From Nitrosopumilus sp. (GTDB lineage: Archaea > Thermoproteota > Nitrososphaeria > Nitrososphaerales > Nitrosopumilaceae): a stretch of 64,000 nt of DNA. The first letter of the stretch is position 1. Each line of letters starts with the position of its first letter. Below, piece by piece: positions 22,036 through 30,445 of the stretch. The notes below the pieces were generated by a model. That model ran no database searches, was not told the DNA's origin, and saw nothing but the letters and a program-made list of their open reading frames with translations. The DNA lies in assembly GCA_965223425.1 (NCBI GenBank), contig OZ245003.1:192001-256000 (forward strand), in the 5' to 3' direction. The position numbers and the translations under genes were made by a program.

Positions 22036-22266
22036 TTATTCATCATCATCATCATCAGGTATGAATTCTTCTATCAATGTTATGTCGTTTTCTGGCAGTA
22101 TTTCTGGAAGTTGTACAGGTCTGTTGTCATGATCCAGTATGTTTATTGTCTGTCTGCTGCCTGTATCTAATTCAGATATTATTACCATGTCTGCATCAGA
22201 GTATTTTCTGACGGGTTTTCTATTCTGATCAAAATATGACACTAATTTCATCTTGTTTTTCATCAC
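22036..22266 (-). CDS. hypothetical acidic-tailed protein (islet cargo)
   Basis: 76-aa ORF preceded by a GGAGGT Shine-Dalgarno-like sequence; ends PDDDDDE. Confidence 0.6.
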   Translation of the reverse strand: MMKNKMKLVSYFDQNRKPVRKYSDADMVIISELDTGSRQTINILDHDNRPVQLPEILPENDITLIEEFIPDDDDDE

Positions 22267-22347
22267 TAGTTACCTCCATATGTTCCAAATATTCTCTCAT
22301 AGTGCTGCCTGAATTCTTTCAGAAGACAGTCATTTACCTCAGTTAAC

Positions 22348-23145
22348 CTATTTCCCAACCTGTAAGAGAATATTCTCGTCTTGCCATTGGATTTTCTCCA
22401 AATCTTCAAAATTATCTCCAATGTTTTGCTTGAATGCTTCTAGTGACTTTTTAAATGTGTCATCGCTGTATAATGCAAATGTGGAATAGTGATGATTTTG
22501 TGCTCTCTCTACTAGACTGCTTAAACTAGATGTCCTATGATGTCCAAATACCTTGGTGTGATCAATTCTCATACCTGATTTTTGAATATGGTGTTTTAAC
22601 TCATAAAATTCAAACAAACGATTCTCAATGTTGGCAAATAATGGAAAGTGCTGTCCCCAGACGTTTCTAGAGTTTTGATTTTGTAATCGCGTGTAAATGA
22701 ACGCTTTTCCATCATCTTTGAGGCATCCAAACAATTCTCCCAAAAACCTTTGAATGTCAAAATGATGTATGGCATTAAACGTGACAATACAATCCATTGA
22801 ATCATTTTCCAAAGGTAATTTGTTGGCATTACCTGGCCTGACACAAAAATTTAGGGTATTGTTTTCTTTCAAATATTCTTTCAAATGCAAAAGCATGTTT
22901 TCGTTGGAGTCAATACAATGAAGGTAACATTTTTCTCCCAAACATTTTAAAAGTTCCAGCGAATATCTTCCATCGCCACAACCAACATCGGCCATAGTGA
23001 TTTCTGATTTTTCATCTAGTTGGTTTTTTATGTGCAGTATAGGTCCCAAGTCAGTCGTTCTTAGGTGTCTGTATTTTGATGCAATTTCTGAAAAATGTTT
23101 GAGGCCATCATTTGCACTAACTGCAATTTCTCTATTCCGTGTCAC
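22348..23145 (-). CDS. class I SAM-dependent methyltransferase (islet cargo)
   Basis: DVGCGDG motif I, CIDSNENML, LPLENDSMD, NAIHHF; GTG start overlaps the upstream TGA (GTGA). Confidence 0.85.
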   Translation of the reverse strand: MTRNREIAVSANDGLKHFSEIASKYRHLRTTDLGPILHIKNQLDEKSEITMADVGCGDGRYSLELLKCLGEKCYLHCIDSNENMLLHLKEYLKENNTLNFCVRPGNANKLPLENDSMDCIVTFNAIHHFDIQRFLGELFGCLKDDGKAFIYTRLQNQNSRNVWGQHFPLFANIENRLFEFYELKHHIQKSGMRIDHTKVFGHHRTSSLSSLVERAQNHHYSTFALYSDDTFKKSLEAFKQNIGDNFEDLEKIQWQDENILLQVGK

Positions 23146-23231
23146 AAAGAAAACCCCCATGTGAGAGTAACAACTGAAACAATACTGAAAAGACAAAATG
23201 AGTAACATGCCAATCTGTGCCTTGATTTCAT
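23142..23231 (-). CDS. 29-aa hydrophobic micro-ORF (MKSRHRLACYSFCLFSIVSVVTLTWGFSL)
   Basis: ATG directly follows the upstream TAA; its TGA overlaps the methyltransferase GTG. Confidence 0.45.
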   Translation of the reverse strand: MKSRHRLACYSFCLFSIVSVVTLTWGFSL

Positions 23232-23351
23232 TTATACAACCACCCCTTCTTTAATTACAGTCTTGCACAAACTCATCATGCAACTATGACAAAGATATTC
23301 ACTTGATGTATTCTTGCAACCGCAATCACAGGCACACGTATAATCATTCAT
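23232..23351 (-). CDS. 39-aa Cys-rich microprotein (MNDYTCACDCGCKNTSSEYLCHSCMMSLCKTVIKEGVVV)
   Basis: Hand translation; 7 Cys including CxCxCxC and CxxC; abuts neighbouring ORFs. Confidence 0.6.
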   Translation of the reverse strand: MNDYTCACDCGCKNTSSEYLCHSCMMSLCKTVIKEGVVV

Positions 23352-23574
23352 GAGTTGAGCCTAGAAGAACTCGAGGCCGTTGGGCTCTGAATTGAACTGA
23401 ATTCCAAAAAATCATTCTGTTATCATTATATCTGTCTGTCCTATAAAGGAGATGTACATCAAGGCATCACTGTATAACGTGTTTGCAAGCGTATGAAGAC
23501 AAATCAATCTTTGCCGGTGAACTGTAGAAAAGATTGTTCAGTTATACAACGCAGCAGACACGCCCTAATTGTAA

Positions 23575-23648
23575 TGCGGAGTGCGGGATTTGAACCCGCG
23601 GCCTTCAGCTTGGGAAGCTGACGTCATACCAGGCTAAACTAACTCCGC
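23575..23648 (-). tRNA. tRNA-Gly(CCC)
   Basis: Cloverleaf GCGGAGT...TCAGC-TT-CCC-AA-GCTGA...GGTTCAAATCC...ACTCCGC-A. Confidence 0.97.
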
Positions 23649-23700
23649 CTAAGACATATACAATAACTATGATTAAATATCTTGATTAGAAAAATTATAT

Positions 23701-23874
23701 ATGGATGCAAGGTGTCCTGAATGCGAAAAAGTTGCAATTTTAGACGATAACGTAACTAAAGTAAAATGTCCACACTGTAACTTTGAAGCAGATTATGATA
23801 CTTATCTTGAAATCATGAAAGACCAAGCGATCAACATGTCTTCTGATTATATTCCAGATAGACCGGGATTGTAA
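23701..23874 (+). CDS. 57-aa zinc-ribbon protein
   Basis: MDARCPECEK...VKCPHCNF; hand translation, below ORF-track cutoff. Confidence 0.8.
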   Translation: MDARCPECEKVAILDDNVTKVKCPHCNFEADYDTYLEIMKDQAINMSSDYIPDRPGL

Positions 23875-23997
23875 CTACCAATAATTTCCTTTATCTGAGC
23901 AATCTAAATGAGATCCACAATTGGGGCAAAACATATGACATGCTTGCATATCCACCATTTTGTTATCACATTTTGGACATCTGATGTCTTTTCCCAT
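23875..23997 (-). CDS. 40-aa CPxCG-type zinc-finger microprotein
   Basis: MGKDIRCPKCDNKMVDMQACHMFCPNCGSHLDCSDKGNYW. Confidence 0.75.
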   Translation of the reverse strand: MGKDIRCPKCDNKMVDMQACHMFCPNCGSHLDCSDKGNYW

Positions 23998-24062
23998 GCC
24001 TATCTTTGTTAATCTTGATTTAAAAATAATGTCCAAAGGTTAATTAGTCGTCCAATTTTTTT

Positions 24063-24482
24063 TTGGAATACTTGGCAAACTTCAAACTTACCATTTCAGA
24101 CATTAAGGGAAAATCTGTTTCAAAAGAACTCAAAGACAGTGATGCAAATCCATTATTGGGACTACAGTTAGGAAATGAAACTGATGCAACAATTGTTGGA
24201 CTGAGTGGAAAATTAAAACTCACTGGTGGTAGTGACAAATCTGGCGTTCCCATGAGGAATGACATTCATGGTGCAGCAAGAAAATACGTTCTGCTTTCTA
24301 AAGGTGTAGGTTTGCAAGATGCAGAAACTGGACAAAGAGTAAGAAAATTAATGCGTGGAAATACAGTATCAGAAGAAATCTACCAGGTAAATTGCAAGTT
24401 TGATGGAGAATTACCAGTTGAAGCATCTGCTGAAGATACGGCAGAATCTACAGAAGAAAAAACTGAAGACAAAAAAGAATAA
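24063..24482 (+). CDS. rps6e: 30S ribosomal protein S6e
   Basis: LKLTGGSDKSGVPMR, GQRVRKLMRGN. Confidence 0.93.
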   Translation: MEYLANFKLTISDIKGKSVSKELKDSDANPLLGLQLGNETDATIVGLSGKLKLTGGSDKSGVPMRNDIHGAARKYVLLSKGVGLQDAETGQRVRKLMRGNTVSEEIYQVNCKFDGELPVEASAEDTAESTEEKTEDKKE

Positions 24483-24513
24483 CTTAACATATACCGATTT
24501 TACATTTTGACTC

Positions 24514-25776
24514 ATGCATTGGAGAGAAACACTTCCCGATTGGTACACTAAAAAATATGGATATCAGCCATGTGTTAACATTGGAACAGCTGGTCATGTA
24601 GATCATGGAAAAACTACCCTTATTCAGGCATTAACTGGGTCATGGACAAGTGTACACAGTCAAGAATTAAGACGTGGAATTACCATTCGTGTAGGATATT
24701 CTGATGCGGCATTTTACAAATGCAAAAGTTGTGAAGAGCCTCTAGGATATTCTACAACTCCAAAATGTAATAATTGTGGAAAAGAAAGTGAATTATCTAG
24801 AGTCGTTAGTTTTGTAGATAGTCCTGGTCACGAAAGTTTGATGGCAAACATGCTTTCAGGTTCTGCACTGATGGATGGTGCGTTATTGCTTGTAGCCGCA
24901 AATGAGAAAGTTCCTAAACCACAAACCAAAGAACATCTTTTAGCATTACAAACTCTTGGAATTCAACAAATAGTTGTGGTTCAAAATAAAGTTGATCTAC
25001 TTACTTACAAAGAAACCTTGGCCAACTATCGGGAAATAACTAAATTTGTTAAGGGGACTCGTGCTGCAAAAGCCCCAATAGTTCCGATCTCGGCTCAATC
25101 TTCATTAAATATTGATGCATTAATTGGTTCTATAGAATCAACAATCAAAACACCAGAGAGAGATGAAAAAACGGATACTGTTATGCATGTTTTACGCTCC
25201 TTTGATGTAAACAAACCTGGTACAAAATTAAAAAATGTCAAGGGAGGCGTCATTGGAGGAAGTTTGACTCGAGGAGTTTTTAATGTTGGTGATGAAATTG
25301 AGATTAAACCTGGCATATTAAATGAGAAAAAAAAATCCTACGAGCCTTTACAAACAGAGATTATCTCACTAGGAACCGCTGCAGGAATTGTCGAGTCTGT
25401 AAAACCAGGCGGTTTGGTTGCTATTGGAACAAAATTAGATCCTGCTATGACCCGAAGTGATTCCTTTATTGGTTCAGTTATTGGAAAGCCTGGAACACTT
25501 CCTGAAAATTCTACTCAATTAAAACTGGAAGTTAGTTTATTTGATTCAGCAGTAGGTACGACTGAGGACATCAAAGTGCAACCAATTCGTTCTGGAGAAT
25601 CACTTCGACTAAATATTGGCACGGCCCCTGTATTGGGAACTGTTACAAAAATCAAATCAAAAAATGTAGAAATTGACCTTAGGAGACCTGCATGCATTTT
25701 TGAAGGTGGAAACGTAGCAATCAGTAGAAGAATTGCTGAAAGATGGAGACTAATTGGTGCGGGAGTAATTGGTTGA
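24514..25776 (+). CDS. eif2g: translation initiation factor 2 gamma subunit
   Basis: GHVDHGKT, RRGITIRVGY, DSPGH, NKVD, RWRLIG. Confidence 0.96.
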   Translation: MHWRETLPDWYTKKYGYQPCVNIGTAGHVDHGKTTLIQALTGSWTSVHSQELRRGITIRVGYSDAAFYKCKSCEEPLGYSTTPKCNNCGKESELSRVVSFVDSPGHESLMANMLSGSALMDGALLLVAANEKVPKPQTKEHLLALQTLGIQQIVVVQNKVDLLTYKETLANYREITKFVKGTRAAKAPIVPISAQSSLNIDALIGSIESTIKTPERDEKTDTVMHVLRSFDVNKPGTKLKNVKGGVIGGSLTRGVFNVGDEIEIKPGILNEKKKSYEPLQTEIISLGTAAGIVESVKPGGLVAIGTKLDPAMTRSDSFIGSVIGKPGTLPENSTQLKLEVSLFDSAVGTTEDIKVQPIRSGESLRLNIGTAPVLGTVTKIKSKNVEIDLRRPACIFEGGNVAISRRIAERWRLIGAGVIG

Positions 25777-26137
25777 AGTAATTTGTGATACGAATTTCCT
25801 AATTCATCTAGCTACTAAAAGAATCAAGAATATTGATAATTTGGATGTTGAAATTGGGCAGATCACTTTTGCTGTGCCTCAAGTCGTAAAAAATGAATTA
25901 GATAAATTAGCAAAAAATCCAGAAAAAAGTCAGGATATCCAATCAACCCTTGATTACATAAAAAATCTCAAGACGCTTCCCATTACTGGTACATTTGCTG
26001 ACAAGGAATTACTTGACTATGTTTCAACCAACAAAGCCATTATTGCCACAATGGATAAAGAACTCAAAAAACAAATCAAAAACAACGGAAGTTCTATAAT
26101 GTCTTTTTCAAATGATAAGATAGTTTTAGAATCCTAG
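25769..26137 (+). CDS. PIN-domain protein (Fcf1/Utp24-like)
   Basis: VICDTNFL, VKNEL, ATMDKELK; typical position after eIF2 gamma. Confidence 0.8.
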   Translation: MVEVICDTNFLIHLATKRIKNIDNLDVEIGQITFAVPQVVKNELDKLAKNPEKSQDIQSTLDYIKNLKTLPITGTFADKELLDYVSTNKAIIATMDKELKKQIKNNGSSIMSFSNDKIVLES

Positions 26138-26171
26138 AAAAATTTAACTTTGAGCATTTCCAAATTCTGAT

Positions 26172-26627
26172 ATGGATGGTTTGACATTAGAAAGTAAAGC
26201 ATTTGATAATGGAGGGGTGATTCCTAAAAAATATGGTTACAAAAACGGAAACATCAGTCCTCCTTTGGAGATCAAAGGCGTTCCTGAAAACACGTTATCT
26301 TTAGCTCTCATAATGGATGATCCTGATGCAATGGGTGCTGTCGGAAAAGTTTGGGTTCACTGGGTGTTGTGGAATATTGAACCTGATGCTCTGGAAATAA
26401 ATGAGAACTCAATTCCCTCACATTGTCTTGAAGGTGAAACAGATTTTGGGGAAGTTGGCTATGGAGGCCCAGCACCACCGGATAAGGAACACACATACGT
26501 CTTCAAATTATATGCATTAGATCAGAAATTAGAAGCTGCAGGCGGCTCAACGAAAAAACAAATAGAAGAAGTCATGAAGAATCACGTTATTGCAGAAACT
26601 AGACTGGAGGGAAGATATTCGCCATGA
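26172..26627 (+). CDS. YbhB/YbcL (PEBP) family protein
   Basis: MDDPDA, WVHW, YGGPAPP, HTYVFKLYALD. Confidence 0.9.
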   Translation: MDGLTLESKAFDNGGVIPKKYGYKNGNISPPLEIKGVPENTLSLALIMDDPDAMGAVGKVWVHWVLWNIEPDALEINENSIPSHCLEGETDFGEVGYGGPAPPDKEHTYVFKLYALDQKLEAAGGSTKKQIEEVMKNHVIAETRLEGRYSP

Positions 26628-26692
26628 ATTCTAATTATTTTTATGATTTTTTATGCAAAGAATAATAAGCAAAGTTTTTTGAGAAAGACTGT

Positions 26693-28825
26693 TTGCTGAA
26701 AAATACAAAACTTGTCTCAGTTGGAAATTTTGATTTTAAATTAAGTCATCTTCTAATAATCGGAATTCTTATTTTGTCATTTAGCATTTCTTTTCTTCTT
26801 CGTTCACAAGCAGTTGATTATGGTTTTGAGTTAAATGAATTTGATCCTTTTTTCAACTATAGGGCTACTCAATATATGGTAGATAATGGGATAGGTGCAT
26901 ATCATGATTGGCACGATGAACTAAGCTGGTATCCAGATGGTAGGAACATATCTAGGACTTCTCAAGTGATGCTTCATCTAACAGCAGCAACTACCTATTG
27001 GTTTTTTGGTGGAGGTTTAGAGCTGTATGATTTCACCATAATATTCCCAGCAGTTTTTGGTTCTTTATCTGCAATTGTTCTTTTTGCCTTAGTTAGAGTA
27101 ATTGGCGGTACAACTGCAGGTATGTTTGCTGCTTTGCTGTATTCTGTTTCTCTGCCAATATTGGTTCGCGGTCCAATTGGCTGGTTTAAATCAGAGCCCC
27201 TGGGATTGTTTTTTGGTCTTTTAGCATCCTATTTGTTACTAAGTGGCATCAATTCACAAAATAAGAAAATTGCAATTACGAAGCTTGTCGGAGCCGGAAT
27301 ATTTACTGCATGTTCTATTTCAGCTTGGGGCGGCAATCAATTTTTCATTGTCGTAATAGGAGTTTTCTTCATTGCCTTGCCCTTTTTGAGAAGGGATCAC
27401 AAGTTTATCCTATGGGCAATTCCACTTTATACAGTAACTACACTTGTGACTGCTTTGGGATTTGAACGAGTCATATCACTTTCTTCAATAGAGGGAATTT
27501 CATTGATAGCATGTACTGGTTTTTTAGTATGCTGTATTTTTATTCGAAACAAAAGTTCAAAAAACAAAACAAGAAACTGCCTCTTATTCTTGGTCGCACT
27601 TTTGATAATCACCCCAAGCGTTTTGATAATAAATTCTGAGTATCAATTTTTGCCATCACCTAGTTACAGATATCTCAATGCTATGAATCCATTTTTAACC
27701 ACATTAGATCCGCTAGTCGACTCTGTTTCTGAACATGCAACGACTACCATTCAGCAATCATTTGTATTCCACTCAGTTTTGATGATTTTTGCAGGTATTG
27801 GAATTTGGTTGATTATTAAAAATATTCAAAACAAAAATTCTAGTTTTATTAAAAATGATATGCTGGCATTCTCATTAATTTTGGGAATGATGGGAGTTTA
27901 CATTAGTTCAACATTTATTAGATTGGAAGTATTTGGATCAATTTCTGTAATTCTTTTAACATCTTTGGGCTTGACCATGTTAACAAAAGAATTTTTCAGA
28001 AACAGATATGAATCTAAAAAGCCTATTGGAAAATTGATAAAAATTCCATTTGTCTCAGGAGTCATCATACTTTTGATAGGTTCTATGGTTTTTCCTGTAG
28101 GAGCAGACATATTTACTCTATCTAAGGCTCCACCTACAATTTTGAATGGTGGGACATCTCACAAAATAGCTACAAATGATTGGTTAGACACATTAGACTG
28201 GATCAAAAACAATACTCCGAAAGACGCTGTGATTGCATCGTGGTGGGATTACGGCTATTGGATTTCTACGATGAGTGAGAGAGCATCTTTAGCTGATAAT
28301 TTCACAGGTAATAAACAGACTATTCAAAATATTGCTAAAATATTTTTAAACAGTCCTGATGAGGCGTGGGAATCATTACAAGAAATGCAGGCAGACTATG
28401 TTCTTATTTTTGTGGCAGCTGAAAATATACCCTTGGTTTCTACTGAGTCATTGTACACGTTAGGTGGAGGTGGAGATGAATCAAAAAAGCAATGGTTCAT
28501 GAGAATTGCTGAAGAAGAATTGTCAAAATACTTGCATTCTGATGGCATTAGTGGAACTGATTATTTTTGGAATGAAACCTTGCTTGGTCAGATGTTTCCT
28601 TTCTCTCTATTAAGTTATGTAAACCCAAATGATGTATCACAGCAATATCAGGTATACATACCTGGGACAGTGGCAATATATGGTAAAGATATCAAATATC
28701 CCGCAGATGGTGATGGGCCGTTAAGATTGGTTTACGCATCTCCAAGTTTTGTTGAAGAAAAACCAGGACCGGTGATTGGAGTTTTTGTTTATGAAATAAA
28801 CAAAGAATACAAGCCTGTGTCTTAA
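26693..28825 (+). CDS. aglB: oligosaccharyltransferase STT3/AglB
   Basis: EFDPFFNYR, multi-TM core, SVSEH, SWWDYG, DK-like motif. Confidence 0.9.
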   Translation: MLKNTKLVSVGNFDFKLSHLLIIGILILSFSISFLLRSQAVDYGFELNEFDPFFNYRATQYMVDNGIGAYHDWHDELSWYPDGRNISRTSQVMLHLTAATTYWFFGGGLELYDFTIIFPAVFGSLSAIVLFALVRVIGGTTAGMFAALLYSVSLPILVRGPIGWFKSEPLGLFFGLLASYLLLSGINSQNKKIAITKLVGAGIFTACSISAWGGNQFFIVVIGVFFIALPFLRRDHKFILWAIPLYTVTTLVTALGFERVISLSSIEGISLIACTGFLVCCIFIRNKSSKNKTRNCLLFLVALLIITPSVLIINSEYQFLPSPSYRYLNAMNPFLTTLDPLVDSVSEHATTTIQQSFVFHSVLMIFAGIGIWLIIKNIQNKNSSFIKNDMLAFSLILGMMGVYISSTFIRLEVFGSISVILLTSLGLTMLTKEFFRNRYESKKPIGKLIKIPFVSGVIILLIGSMVFPVGADIFTLSKAPPTILNGGTSHKIATNDWLDTLDWIKNNTPKDAVIASWWDYGYWISTMSERASLADNFTGNKQTIQNIAKIFLNSPDEAWESLQEMQADYVLIFVAAENIPLVSTESLYTLGGGGDESKKQWFMRIAEEELSKYLHSDGISGTDYFWNETLLGQMFPFSLLSYVNPNDVSQQYQVYIPGTVAIYGKDIKYPADGDGPLRLVYASPSFVEEKPGPVIGVFVYEINKEYKPVS

Positions 28826-28983
28826 TTCTGGGAATATCTCTCAGCTAATCTGTATCTCATATATTTGTCATCAGGTGAGAATTTAGCAGGATGTGCGGAG
28901 ACTGTTTTTTCATCACACGCAGGACATTTTTCTTTTAATGTATAATGGTTGCACTTGATGCATCTTCTTAATTGAAATCTCAT
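28822..28983 (-). CDS. nop10: H/ACA RNP protein Nop10
   Basis: MRFQLRRCIKCNHYTLKEKCPAC...AHPAKFSPDDKY; directly after eIF2 alpha. Confidence 0.92.
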   Translation of the reverse strand: MRFQLRRCIKCNHYTLKEKCPACDEKTVSAHPAKFSPDDKYMRYRLAERYSQN

Positions 28984-28984
28984 C

Positions 28985-29782
28985 TTAATTTTCTCTGGTT
29001 TTCTTTGATTCTTCTCTTGTAAATTTGAACGAGCCTTTTTTCTTTTCTATGTTTGACTGAATTTGTGAGATAACTGGCTTTAGAGATTTTTCAGCAGTTT
29101 TGAAATTCTCTGAGGTTATTGAAAGTCTGTATTTTGGTGCACCCAAATAAGTAATATCAACAGTAGAGTCTTTCTTTAAAACATCCAAAAGTATTTTTCT
29201 GATGATTTCCACTCCATCTGATTTATCATTTGTAATCTCCATGATTCCCCTGATCTCTACTGAGGGAAGTTTGATTTTAGAACAAATTTCTTCGATTACG
29301 GCGATAGTTTTTTTTGCAAGTCTGAGTTCTTTGACAGATTCAATACCGTTTCTTCCAATCTCTACAAATGCATCATACACTGAATCAAATTTTGAATAAA
29401 TGCTATCTTCTAATTTTTCAATTTCCTCATCTGATAGTTTAGCTTTATCTTTTACATTTTGTAATATTGTTTTACCTTTTTCAAATTTTTTAACTTCTTT
29501 TAGTTTTTGTTTTCTCTGATCATTTGAGACTTGTTTCAATGACAGATCAATGTCTCCTCGCTGAGAATTTACTTTCTTTACGAGTAGAACTTTTTTCTCC
29601 CCGTCTTTAACAAATCTGTTTATTGATCTAATCCATCCTGGAGCAATTTCTGAAATATGTAAAAATCCCTGAATGTTATCGTATTCATCTAATGTCACAT
29701 AAGCACCATGATCCATTACCTTAGAAACGGTTGCAAGAACAATTTCTCCTTGTTCTGGCATTTCTTGAATTTCTGTAGACAT
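28985..29782 (-). CDS. eif2a: translation initiation factor 2 alpha subunit
   Basis: S1 domain LHISEIAPGWIR, GDIDLSLK, YLGAPKYR. Confidence 0.95.
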   Translation of the reverse strand: MSTEIQEMPEQGEIVLATVSKVMDHGAYVTLDEYDNIQGFLHISEIAPGWIRSINRFVKDGEKKVLLVKKVNSQRGDIDLSLKQVSNDQRKQKLKEVKKFEKGKTILQNVKDKAKLSDEEIEKLEDSIYSKFDSVYDAFVEIGRNGIESVKELRLAKKTIAVIEEICSKIKLPSVEIRGIMEITNDKSDGVEIIRKILLDVLKKDSTVDITYLGAPKYRLSITSENFKTAEKSLKPVISQIQSNIEKKKGSFKFTREESKKTREN

Positions 29783-29823
29783 TTCTTCTAAAACTCCTAA
29801 ATGTGTAAATTAATGTTTGCCGG

Positions 29824-30357
29824 TTAGAAATCTATTCCTTTTTTAGCTTTAATACCCTGTTGAAATGGGTGTTTGATCTCTCTCATTTCTGTAACTAGAT
29901 CTGCTGCTTCAATAACTTCATTTTTGGCGTAATTTCCTGTTAAAACCAAGTCCATTCCTTGCGGTTTTGATTTTATTAATTGTAAAACATCGTTAACTGA
30001 AATCAATTCTAGGTTTACAGCATAGTTAACCTCGTCTAAAATAACAATATCATAGTTACCTGATTGGATCTTTTCATTGCTTATTCTTATTGCTTCTTTA
30101 GCAATTTTCTCATGATCCTCCTTTGGACTCTTGTCATCTATGATTCCAACAAATCCTTTACCTACAGCAATTATTTCAAATTCAGGTTCAAGCCTTTTTG
30201 ATGAATCCATTTCGCCATAATGCCATGAACCCTTGATAAACTGAATCATGCAAGTCCTCTTTTCATAGCCCGTAGCACGTAATGCAATTCCTAATGCTGC
30301 AGTAGTTTTACCTTTACCCTTTCCTGTATATACAATAGTTAAACCATCTTTTTCCAT
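29824..30357 (-). CDS. cobO: cob(I)yrinic acid a,c-diamide adenosyltransferase
   Basis: YTGKGKGKTTAA, QFIKG, ILDE, KHPFQQG. Confidence 0.92.
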   Translation of the reverse strand: MEKDGLTIVYTGKGKGKTTAALGIALRATGYEKRTCMIQFIKGSWHYGEMDSSKRLEPEFEIIAVGKGFVGIIDDKSPKEDHEKIAKEAIRISNEKIQSGNYDIVILDEVNYAVNLELISVNDVLQLIKSKPQGMDLVLTGNYAKNEVIEAADLVTEMREIKHPFQQGIKAKKGIDF

Positions 30358-30445
30358 AGATGATATTCAGGTGATCTCACTAAAAACATTGAGCATTCTC
30401 CAAAAATAAACCAATTTAAATAAAAAACTATTCTAATCATGCAAA

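Larger units (their letters stand above)
21974..23591. mobile_element. 1.6-kb integrated islet at tRNA-Gly, no integrase
   Basis: Bounded by the 20-bp tRNA 3'-end duplication; all recognised cargo ORFs lie on the - strand. Confidence 0.8.

Noticed and set aside
25769-26137. PIN protein as a VapC toxin
   Set aside because: No antitoxin adjacent; position after rps6e-eif2g matches the conserved archaeal housekeeping PIN gene
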